From contig JAGWXQ010000001.1 of NCBI GenBank assembly GCA_018969805.1, forward strand, positions 1 to 29,398: DNA of 29,398 nucleotides, written 5' to 3'. Both the position numbers and the translations under genes were made by a program. The notes beneath the pieces are model-generated. The model made no database searches, had not been told where the DNA came from, and was given only the letters and a program-made list of their open reading frames with translations. Of this stretch, positions 18,043-26,229 are shown in pieces. Position 1 is the first letter of the stretch. Each line of letters begins with the position of its first letter. The stretch is from Paenibacillaceae bacterium. GTDB lineage: Bacteria; Bacillota; Bacilli; Paenibacillales; YIM-B00363.

Positions 18043-18525
18043 CTACTCTACGGGTTTGTTTGCCATCGTGCGCTTCTTGAGCAATACTTTGCGCACCGTC
18101 TGATGGGAAATGCTGTCCACATATTGGAGCTGTACCGCATGCTCCGCAAGCAACTGCAACGTCCAACGTTTCTTTCCTTGCGGTGGAGGAGACTGACGCA
18201 AAGCCAAAATTTTCTCCTCAACTTCTTCCGTTACTTTTGGGGGATTGGGCGGGGAAGAGCGCTGCTTCCGAATGATCGCGCCTTCAATGCCGCTGGTCGT
18301 ATACGCTTTGCGTACCGCATAGATCGTGTTTGTATTCACATCCAACCGCTCTGCAATCTCTCGCTCGGTCAACGTTCCCCCAGAACGATTTTGATCTGCT
18401 GCAAGCAGCACTTGTGCACGACGAATCGTACGGGCCGGAGAACGGCCTTTTGTAATGATCTTCTTTAATTCTTTTTGCTCTTCTGCACTCAGGCGTACAG
18501 GGTATTTGACAGGTCTCATCGTCAT
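18043..18525 (-). mobile_element. IS630/Tc1-family transposase N-terminal DNA-binding (HTH) part only; no catalytic domain
   Basis: YPVRLSAEE...RRAQVLLAAD...EIAERL...GIEGAIIRK...PPKV...PPQGKKRWTLQLLA...ISHQTVRKVL is the typical IS630 N-terminal pattern. No DDE frame follows. Start may be 18519 (better RBS spacing). Confidence 0.75.
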
Positions 18526-18620
18526 CCCCTCTCTTCCAACTCAATTTCGTTCGTGCAACAAAACCATGTGCACAACAAGTACAACCCCAAACGGTATCAT
18601 CGACACACGAGAAAGCAACA

Positions 18621-18702
18621 TGCGGTCGGAGAGATTTGAACTCTCACGCCTTGTGGGCACTGCCGCCTGAAGACAGCGTGTCTGCCGTTCCACCACGACC
18701 GC
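18621..18702 (-). tRNA. tRNA-Leu (CAG), long variable arm, CCA not encoded
   Basis: GCGGTCG acceptor stem, anticodon arm CTGTC-TTCAGGC-GGCAG, T-arm GAGAG-TTCAAAT-CTCTC, A73. Confidence 0.95.
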
Positions 18703-18752
18703 ACTGTGTACTACACCAACTGTTTATAGAGCAAACAATATGGGATATTTTT

Positions 18753-18781
18753 ATGATACCATAAACCCGAACAACTGTAAA
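18753..18781 (-). promoter_or_regulatory. SigA promoter of tRNA-Leu
   Basis: TTTACA - 17 nt - TATCAT with an extended TG. Confidence 0.65.
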
Positions 18782-19081
18782 GTGGTGCGGGAATTTTTTT
18801 TACACGTTCCATCCGTTACCTCCACAATTCAGAACGGACATTATTTTGCCAAAAAAAGCGGTTTTCATATAAAAATTAATTATTTTTTATGATTGCCTTG
18901 TGTGTGATGCAGCGATCTGGACGCGGCTTTTTTTTCACAGCACGTTCCTATCCACTGCGCATTGCTTTGTCCATTTTTTTAGAAACACCGCACCATACAC
19001 CACATGGAAGCGCAGCAGTGCCGCGTCCGTGATCATTTTGCGGCAACCGCTGAACATGGGGTGCATCGATCGATTGCACAT

Positions 19082-19110
19082 TTGCATTACCGACGCATAT
19101 GCGCTATACT
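19082..19110 (+). promoter_or_regulatory. SigA promoter of tRNA-Arg (and probably clpP)
   Basis: TTGCAT - 17 nt - TATACT, 13 nt before the tRNA. Confidence 0.65.
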
Positions 19111-19123
19111 CAGAATGCTGTGT

Positions 19124-19195
19124 GCGCTCGTGGTCTAAAGGATACGACGCAGGCCTCCGGAGCCTGAGATCGGGGTTCGATTCCCTGCGAGCGCG
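19124..19195 (+). tRNA. tRNA-Arg (CCG), CCA not encoded
   Basis: GCGCTCG/CGAGCGC acceptor stem, anticodon arm CAGGC-CTCCGGA-GCCTG, T-loop TTCGATT. Confidence 0.93.
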
Positions 19196-19224
19196 TCGTT
19201 TTTACGGGATAAGGGGGGTTGGGC

Positions 19225-19803
19225 ATGAGTGTCATTCCTATGGTCGTCGAGCAGACGAATCGCGGTGAGCGCGCGTACGACATTTATTCCCGGTTGCTCA
19301 AAGACCGCATTATTTTTCTCGGCACACCGATCAACGACATCGTCGCCAACAGCATCATCGCGCAGCTTCTTTTCCTTGCAGCCGAAGACGCGGAAAAAGA
19401 CATTCATCTGTACATCAACAGCCCTGGCGGATCGATTACCGCAGGTATGGCGATCTACGACACGCTGCAGTACATCAAGCCCGCGGTATCGACGATTTGT
19501 GTAGGTCTTGCTGCCTCGATGGGTGCGTTTTTGCTCGCATCCGGGCATCCAGGAAAACGATTTTGCTTGCCAAACGGCGAAGTCATGATCCATCAGCCAC
19601 TCGGAGGTGCTGAAGGTCAGGCGTCCGACATTGCGATTCGCGCCAAGCGCATCATCGGCATGCGCGACAAACTCAACCATATTTTGTCAGAACGAACGGG
19701 TCAGCCGCTCGCGCGCGTTGAAAAAGACACCGACCGCGACTATTTTATGAACGCCGAAGAAGCAAAAGCGTACGGCATCGTCGATCGGGTCATCGTCTCG
19801 TAA
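19225..19803 (+). CDS. clpP: ATP-dependent Clp protease proteolytic subunit
   Basis: [32 protein letters not shown] (Ser), MIHQPLGG (His), DTDRDYFM (Asp). Confidence 0.97.
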   Translation: MSVIPMVVEQTNRGERAYDIYSRLLKDRIIFLGTPINDIVANSIIAQLLFLAAEDAEKDIHLYINSPGGSITAGMAIYDTLQYIKPAVSTICVGLAASMGAFLLASGHPGKRFCLPNGEVMIHQPLGGAEGQASDIAIRAKRIIGMRDKLNHILSERTGQPLARVEKDTDRDYFMNAEEAKAYGIVDRVIVS

Positions 19804-19850
19804 ATCAATGCAATCGAATGTCCCCTATTCCTTCTGCTTTTTATAAAATG

Positions 19851-19892
19851 AATCCCGTATTGCACGATCCACCGTGCAATACGGGATTGTTT
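19851..19892. terminator. Perfect 16-bp hairpin between clpP and the convergent 638-aa ORF
   Basis: AATCCCGTATTGCACG / CGTGCAATACGGGATT, 6-nt loop, followed by GTTTT on the plus strand. Confidence 0.8.
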
Positions 19893-19923
19893 TGGGTTTG
19901 ACTTCCCTATAGACACGAAACAA

Positions 19924-21840
19924 CTATTTACTGAGTAAAAAATGAATGATCTCTTTCTTTTTATTGGGATCTTTTATTTTTTGTACAATCGTCGCGAATG
20001 CTGTTGCGGCTTCGGATTCGTTTGAAATCCATCCGCTTTTTGGGAGCGCTTGTTCATGTCCTACCTGAGCATCGTTTCTTGCAGCAAGACTTTGTAAACG
20101 CAAGACAAAATTCATTGATTTTTTTGAAAAATATTGCTCATACATGTTCTGTATCGGTATGCCCCATTTGTGCTGTATTTTCATTACATCAAATATTGTC
20201 AACGATCTTTTTTCACCACGATGTCGTTTTTGTTCGTGGTTGTTGTGCATCGATTCGTCCATGGACGATAACCTAAGATTTGATGCATGTGCCTCGTTTG
20301 GTGCATGCGTACTTTCCACAATAAGATGCACGCCAAGCTTTGTTGATACGGATTCAAGTGCATCATACATTACCTCTATTTCTTGCTGCGGAACTTTTGT
20401 CGTAGCACTGATCAAGCTCGATATAAAAATCGATAATGAACTTCCTGCGACAGCACCATGTGATGCAAGCGCAGCCCCCCGTGCAATAAGATAAGGACTC
20501 TTATTTTTTAATGTATCAAGAGACACTTGTGTCGTTACTTCTGCAAATACAGCCGTTAGCAAATGGATTGATGAAACCAACGTAAACTTACCTGCTTTTT
20601 TTGTAATTTCTGTATTTAATTTTTCTATAATTTTTAATGGCAGGTTACTTATAATTGGCGAAATCTTCTCCAAAACTCCCGGTACGAAATGGTGCGCCCA
20701 ATCAGCGAGTTTTAGTGCCCCAACAACCGAAACAATATGAACGGCATCTTCTAAAAACGGGGTTTTAATAAAATTCGACCCTGTCACCTTATCATAAACA
20801 CGTGTCGCTATGGAAATACCGACACCCCCTGGAATTCCCGCACCCGCAGACGCAATGACGACAGAAAGATGATTTGTGATCTCAATCAACTTGTTCATTG
20901 TTTGTCTATTGTCCAATTCGGTCGTTTCCAATGTATCCCCAATTTTTTGAAGTGTGATCAACACGTTTAAGAGTACCGCATTTGCTGCAACGCGCGAAAC
21001 GTCTTGGTGCAGTAAACTTTCAAAAGTTTTGAGATATGCATCAAACGCACTGAGTTCGTCTGCCAAACTTTTATTCGTAATGCGCAACAACAAACTGGTG
21101 CCCGGCATAAAGTGATTTCTCCATTTTTTGAGGCGTTCTAAAATAAGCGTGTATTCGACATCGTTTCCTAAATTTATGCCCGTTCTTTCCATTGCTCGGG
21201 ATACAGTACTTTGAACGACAAGTTCTGCAACGCCTTGTGTAGTGACATACAGTTCGCTCGCGCGAATATGTTGATCCTGTACCACACTTTTTGCGAATAG
21301 CCGCAGTTCATCTCGATCGTTCGCCGCTTCAATCTGCAAAGGAATCAGAAACGTCCGCCCTTTATTCGTTTGAAGAACCGCTCTTTTTCCTTCCAGATGC
21401 AGGTAACGCAATGCGTAGCGATCGTTATCTAAGACCCCCACACCGTCTCCGTGTTTGTACATGCGTGTTGACGCACCAGACTTTTTGGGCGAAAATAACT
21501 GCCCATTCATTGCACGGTTTCCCCTCATCTGCCCAATCCACGTTTGCACATCATGTAAAGAATGAACGTAGTCCGGAATATCATAACAATGCGCGCGTGT
21601 ACATAATGTCGTCTTTGAATCGACAACTACAGCGACCAAGTCTCCAGATTCATTATTCTTACGCAGAGCAAACCTTTGTCCATGCGCGATGGGCAATGAC
21701 GGCGCCTTGGCATGAACTACGTTCGTACCAACTACACGTAATGGCATAAATGCGAGGGCAATCAAAATCAGAATGGATGCCCGCTTACGATAATGAATAA
21801 AAAGACGATTGTACGCGTGGACATCGGGATGCATCGACAC
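19924..21840 (-). CDS. Hypothetical 638-aa protein with a predicted signal peptide; no family recognised
   Basis: Long uninterrupted ORF in visibly AT-rich DNA; AAGGAG 11 nt before GTG 21840; RKR-ASILILIALAFMPL-RVVGTNVVHA N-terminus. Confidence 0.8.
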   Translation of the reverse strand: MSMHPDVHAYNRLFIHYRKRASILILIALAFMPLRVVGTNVVHAKAPSLPIAHGQRFALRKNNESGDLVAVVVDSKTTLCTRAHCYDIPDYVHSLHDVQTWIGQMRGNRAMNGQLFSPKKSGASTRMYKHGDGVGVLDNDRYALRYLHLEGKRAVLQTNKGRTFLIPLQIEAANDRDELRLFAKSVVQDQHIRASELYVTTQGVAELVVQSTVSRAMERTGINLGNDVEYTLILERLKKWRNHFMPGTSLLLRITNKSLADELSAFDAYLKTFESLLHQDVSRVAANAVLLNVLITLQKIGDTLETTELDNRQTMNKLIEITNHLSVVIASAGAGIPGGVGISIATRVYDKVTGSNFIKTPFLEDAVHIVSVVGALKLADWAHHFVPGVLEKISPIISNLPLKIIEKLNTEITKKAGKFTLVSSIHLLTAVFAEVTTQVSLDTLKNKSPYLIARGAALASHGAVAGSSLSIFISSLISATTKVPQQEIEVMYDALESVSTKLGVHLIVESTHAPNEAHASNLRLSSMDESMHNNHEQKRHRGEKRSLTIFDVMKIQHKWGIPIQNMYEQYFSKKSMNFVLRLQSLAARNDAQVGHEQALPKSGWISNESEAATAFATIVQKIKDPNKKKEIIHFLLSK

Positions 21841-22326
21841 GGTGCGTTCAGCTCCTTCGCATTAAACAGCATCAGGAAAAATACAACACAGCGGTCTTGG
21901 ACCCACACACTCGGTCAAGACGCAACCATGAATTCCTAATTATGTTTTTTTATTATCATTATATAATGAAAAACGAATATTTAAAACATACTTTTGTGAC
22001 GTTTTTATGTCTTTTGGATCACGCCCGCCGACGATGGTAGACTACACATAGTACAATAATGGAAAATAATATATGTAAACAATGGTGTTTATAATAATGA
22101 ATATTTCAATAAATAAATCATTTTTAGAAAAACTTCTTCTTCTTTCTCGGCGCATACAGCGATCTGGATCACTTTTTTAATAGGGTATTCGTATTGTATT
22201 CGTGACATTCGTAAAGTGGAGCAACGATCTGTCCACCCTATTACGAAAGAGAAACGATTTTTCCGCGTACAGGGAACATCTGAACATTGTGAAGCGAATT
22301 CTCGTACGAATCGCCTATTGAAAATT

Positions 22327-22362
22327 AAAAAACGCCTTTTTTGCTTCGCAAAAGGCGTTTTT
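22327..22362. terminator. Bidirectional intrinsic terminator closing the cys/sir operon
   Basis: AAAAACGCCTTTT..GC-TTC-GCAAAAGGCGTTTTT with A/T tracts on both sides, ~47 nt after the sirC stop. Confidence 0.8.
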
Positions 22363-22409
22363 GTGTAGCCAGGCGATGTATTGCAGTGCGGAACCGTATT
22401 CCTGTGCAC

Positions 22410-23030
22410 CTACGCATCCACATACGGTGCGACATACTGCAACCATGCGGCGTGTGCATCCGCACGCACCGCATGCGCGACATCGTCGTGCAACCACGAT
22501 CGGTGCACGCGCGTGCGCTCAGATGTGGGCAAGTGCGCTGTCTGGGCTCGTGCTTGTATGAGAAAGTGCACATATTGTGCGTATTGTTCGTCGTACTGCG
22601 CTGCGATCGCATCGCGCACGTGCGCTGCCAGTGCAGGAAAGCCCCCTGATGTCCCTACAGCGACGTGCAGTGCGCCCCGGCTCATGCTTGCCATGCCATA
22701 AAACGTGCACAGCGACGCATCATCGACGACGTTGACCCACTGCGGGGGCCGCACAGAACGTGCGATGGTAGCGTTTGCTGTGCGGTCTGACGTCGCTGCA
22801 AAAATAAGTGCTGCATCGCGCGCATCGCCTTCATGATACACCCGCTCGTGGACGACGATGCGCCGTTCTTGTGCCCACGCATGCATTTGCGCGCTCATCT
22901 GTGGCGCGACGACGACGACGTGCGCACCGCCGTCGATGAGTTGGCTTACTTTGCGCGTCGCGATCGTTCCCCCACCGACGACGAGGCAACGCACACCGTC
23001 GAGGCGCAGCTGTACACACAGCTCACCCAT
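22410..23030 (-). CDS. sirC: Precorrin-2 dehydrogenase (SirC / CysG N-terminal-like)
   Basis: LVVGGGTIATRK, VVVVAP, LIFAATSD, WVNVVDD, AVGTSGGFPALA. Start 23030 (alternative GTG 23039) overlaps the hemD stop. Confidence 0.85.
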   Translation of the reverse strand: MGELCVQLRLDGVRCLVVGGGTIATRKVSQLIDGGAHVVVVAPQMSAQMHAWAQERRIVVHERVYHEGDARDAALIFAATSDRTANATIARSVRPPQWVNVVDDASLCTFYGMASMSRGALHVAVGTSGGFPALAAHVRDAIAAQYDEQYAQYVHFLIQARAQTAHLPTSERTRVHRSWLHDDVAHAVRADAHAAWLQYVAPYVDA

Positions 23031-23844
23031 CGCCGCCACCGTCGTGCGTCAGTGCTTGTGCGAGCGCGACGACCATCGCCCCCATCCGTTCGTGGGGGGG
23101 GGCGACGATGCGCTGTACGCCCCACTCCGTCAGTGCTTCTTTTGTCACGTGTCCGACTGCGGTCGCGTATACATCGCCAAAAGCGTCCACGAGTGCCTGC
23201 TCTTGCTGACACGCCAGTGCGTGCGCAAACAAAAACTGCACTTGTGGCACGCTCGTAAAACATACGGCATCGACATCCCGCTGCATGATCGCTTCCATCG
23301 CCTCGTGCAATACGTCAGATGGCGGACTTTCATGCACATACGGCATCAGCGGAGTCCATATCCCACCGCGCGCACGAACAAACTGCTCCAGCGCACGCGC
23401 TTGTGTCCCATGCAGCTGCACGAGCACGGGTGCGCCGTCCCACACCACGTCGCCCATCGCCTCCATAAGCCCACGCGTCGATCCATCCGCATCGGTCACA
23501 TACGGCACGACGTCCAACGTCCTGAGTGCCGCCCGCGTCTTATACCCGCGCGCTGCGACGCGGTGTGTGCGCATCCACGATCGCCACTGCTGCGCAAACC
23601 CATGCAGCTCCATCGCCTCATCGACGGCACGCACGCCCATCCCTGTCGTCCAAATGCTCTCACACATGCCGCGATCGATCGCATCGCAGACGACATCGAC
23701 GATGCGTTGCGCATCGACAAATGACGTCCCTTGCAGCGCACACGCGCGCACGTGTGCCCCTTGATGCTGCAACAACGCAACCATTTCCTCCACTTTGCGC
23801 GAGGCAGCGAGCATGACGGTGCGTCCTGCAAGCCGCGCACTCAT
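23023..23844 (-). CDS. hemD: Uroporphyrinogen-III synthase
   Basis: LAGRTVMLAASRK, WTTGMG, VAARGYKT, VLVQLHG, DAVCFTSVPQV, AVGHVT, ERMGAMV; ATGA overlap with the cysC stop. Confidence 0.8.
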   Translation of the reverse strand: MSARLAGRTVMLAASRKVEEMVALLQHQGAHVRACALQGTSFVDAQRIVDVVCDAIDRGMCESIWTTGMGVRAVDEAMELHGFAQQWRSWMRTHRVAARGYKTRAALRTLDVVPYVTDADGSTRGLMEAMGDVVWDGAPVLVQLHGTQARALEQFVRARGGIWTPLMPYVHESPPSDVLHEAMEAIMQRDVDAVCFTSVPQVQFLFAHALACQQEQALVDAFGDVYATAVGHVTKEALTEWGVQRIVAPPHERMGAMVVALAQALTHDGGGDG

Positions 23845-24428
23845 GTGATCCAACCGCGCAGCGCGTCCTTGATCGTGTGTACGCACTGCTGCAATGACCC
23901 CGCCTCGGTATCAACGACGACGTTTGGTGCCTCTGGAGGCTCATACGGGGACGATATGCCAGTAAAGTGGGCGATTTCGCCTTTGACCGCTTTCGCATAC
24001 AGCCCTTTGGGATCTCTGTCCATGCACGTTTGTATCGCGCACTGTACGTATACTTCTATCCATTGGTGTTCCCCAATGATCTGTTTTGCCCGTTCGCGGT
24101 CCTCACGAAATGGGGAAATAAATGCTGTAATGACGATGAGTCCCGCATCGGAAAACAGTTTGGCGACTTCCGCGATGCGGCGAATGTTTTCTTGGCGGTC
24201 TTCTGCGGTAAACCCAAGTCCGTTGTTCAGTCCGTGGCGGACGTTGTCCCCGTCAAGGACGTACGTGTGGGTTCCTTCTTGAAACAGTGCCGCATCGAGT
24301 GCATTGGCGATCGTCGATTTGCCCGATCCGGACAAGCCCGTGAGCCACACGACACCGGATTTGTGTCTGTAGCGCGCATTGCGATCCGATCGCGTCACTG
24401 ACTGCGGGTGCCACGTGATGTGGTTCAT
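23841..24428 (-). CDS. cysC: Adenylyl-sulfate kinase
   Basis: [66 protein letters not shown]. Confidence 0.96.
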   Translation of the reverse strand: MNHITWHPQSVTRSDRNARYRHKSGVVWLTGLSGSGKSTIANALDAALFQEGTHTYVLDGDNVRHGLNNGLGFTAEDRQENIRRIAEVAKLFSDAGLIVITAFISPFREDRERAKQIIGEHQWIEVYVQCAIQTCMDRDPKGLYAKAVKGEIAHFTGISSPYEPPEAPNVVVDTEAGSLQQCVHTIKDALRGWIT

Positions 24429-25501
24429 ATGTGTTCACCTGCCATGCCAGAAATGAGCACTTCAATGACTTCACGCCGACTAAACTCTGGCGGAGGAACG
24501 ATGCCTGCTGCGAGCATTTCCCGTACTTTTGTGCCTGAGAGGATGAGTCGATGTGTGCTGTCGTGCGGACACGTCTTCGTCGATGCCATATTGCCACACG
24601 CACGACAATAAAAGCTGTGCTCAAAAAACATCGGCGTAATGCCGAGCTCATCGACGGAGAACGCATCGAAAATGCGCTGCGCATCGTACGTCCCGTAATA
24701 ATTGCCCACACCCGCGTGGTCGCGTCCAACGATAAAATGGGTGCATCCATAATTGCGGCGCACGAGCGCATGAAATACTGCTTCCCGTGGGCCTGCATAG
24801 CGCATCGCTGCTGGAAACACACCGAGCATGACCCGATCGTGCGGATAATATTTTTGCAACAGCACTTCGTAGCTGCGCATGCGCACGTCTGCGGAAATGT
24901 CGTCTGACTTTGTTTCTCCGACGAGCGGATTAAGAAACAGCCCATCGACGATTTCAAGCGCACATTTTTGAATGTACTCGTGGGCACGATGCACAGGATT
25001 GCGCGTTTGAAAGCCGACGATCGTCTTCCATTTGCGGGCAGCAAAGTGCGCCTTCGTCTCCTGTGGATCGAAATAATATGACGCAAATGGCCGATCCGGC
25101 ATGTCGTGCACGCGTTCGACGCGTCCACCGACGTATACGTTCGGACGGGTCATCAATTTGTGCACGCCGGGGTGCTGTACATCGTCTGTCGCATATACGA
25201 GCAACGCTTCTTGTCGTTTGTCTGGGGTGTACACGTCTTCTACGGTCATCTTCGCGTACACGACGCTGCCATACCGAAGATGCAGCACGTCCCCCGTACG
25301 TACGCGCGATGCGGTGTGTGCATCGATCGGCAGCGTGATCGGCAAGCTCCAAATGCTGCCATCTGTCAAGCGCATCCGCGCAACACACGACGTATAATCG
25401 GCTTCGTTCATAAACGATGTCAGTGGTGCGTATGCACCGTTTGTGAGCAACTCCACATCAGATAACGCCATCGCATCGATACACACGTCATGCGTCGTCA
25501 T
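24425..25501 (-). CDS. sat: Sulfate adenylyltransferase
   Basis: [63 protein letters not shown]; RBS AAGGAG. Confidence 0.95.
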   Translation of the reverse strand: MTTHDVCIDAMALSDVELLTNGAYAPLTSFMNEADYTSCVARMRLTDGSIWSLPITLPIDAHTASRVRTGDVLHLRYGSVVYAKMTVEDVYTPDKRQEALLVYATDDVQHPGVHKLMTRPNVYVGGRVERVHDMPDRPFASYYFDPQETKAHFAARKWKTIVGFQTRNPVHRAHEYIQKCALEIVDGLFLNPLVGETKSDDISADVRMRSYEVLLQKYYPHDRVMLGVFPAAMRYAGPREAVFHALVRRNYGCTHFIVGRDHAGVGNYYGTYDAQRIFDAFSVDELGITPMFFEHSFYCRACGNMASTKTCPHDSTHRLILSGTKVREMLAAGIVPPPEFSRREVIEVLISGMAGEHI

Positions 25502-25524
25502 GTTCGTATACCGCTCCTTGTTGT

Positions 25525-26211
25525 TTACCCATCTGCATGCAACCCACATTCGTTTTTCGCATGACCGACCCAACGTCCCGAGCGCGAATCCCCTTGTTCA
25601 CTCGATGGTGCCGTGCACGGCATACAACCAATGCTCGGGTATCCTTGATCGTGGAGCGGATTGTATGGCAAGCGGTGTGTGTTGATGTACATCCAAATGT
25701 CGTCCCACGACCAATGGATGAGCGGGCATATTTTGATTTTCCCAAACTTTGCATCTTCATTGACAAACGCGGTGTTTGCCCGCGATGCCGACTGTTCGCG
25801 GCGCAATCCCGTCATCCACGCCTGTACGCCTGCGAGCGCTTGCTGCATCGGACGCACTTTGCGCAACGTGCAACAGAGCGTTGGATTGTGCTTCCACAGC
25901 TCTGGTCCGTATTGTGCTTCTTGCTCCTCAAGCGTCAGCGATGCCGGGGCACGAATGAGCCTTAAACGCGGATACCGCTCCATGACGCGGTCAATGAGCG
26001 CGAGCGTCTCAGGAAAATGGACATCCGTATCCAAAAACAGCAACCGTGCATCCGGGACGACCGCAGCGATCATATCGATCAATACAACCGCTTCCGCACC
26101 AAAACTGCACGCATACAGCCATTCGTCCCCAAACGTCTCTTGCGTCCAACGGATGACGTCGAGCGCATCTCCGTGCTTGAGGGCCTCATTTGCAGCTGCG
26201 ATATCGATCAT
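25525..26211 (-). CDS. cysH: APS/PAPS reductase with Fe-S cysteine motifs
   Basis: [55 protein letters not shown]; RBS AGAGGAGG before ATG 26211. Confidence 0.93.
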   Translation of the reverse strand: MIDIAAANEALKHGDALDVIRWTQETFGDEWLYACSFGAEAVVLIDMIAAVVPDARLLFLDTDVHFPETLALIDRVMERYPRLRLIRAPASLTLEEQEAQYGPELWKHNPTLCCTLRKVRPMQQALAGVQAWMTGLRREQSASRANTAFVNEDAKFGKIKICPLIHWSWDDIWMYINTHRLPYNPLHDQGYPSIGCMPCTAPSSEQGDSRSGRWVGHAKNECGLHADG

Positions 26212-26229
26212 CGCACGCACCTCCTCTCG

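Noticed and set aside
14932-19195. Genomic island integrated at a tRNA
   Set aside because: No integrase and no duplicated tRNA 3' end (att site); the genes between the tRNAs are mostly core.
14932-19195. Three tRNAs lacking encoded CCA
   Set aside because: Common in Bacillota; CCA is added enzymatically.
22089-22409. 106-aa minus-strand ORF and short plus-strand frames in the AT-rich gap
   Set aside because: No RBS, runs through the terminator hairpin, no recognisable motif.
25525-26211. Fe-S (APS-type) CysH together with CysC as a novelty
   Set aside because: The same combination is established in the B. subtilis cysH operon.
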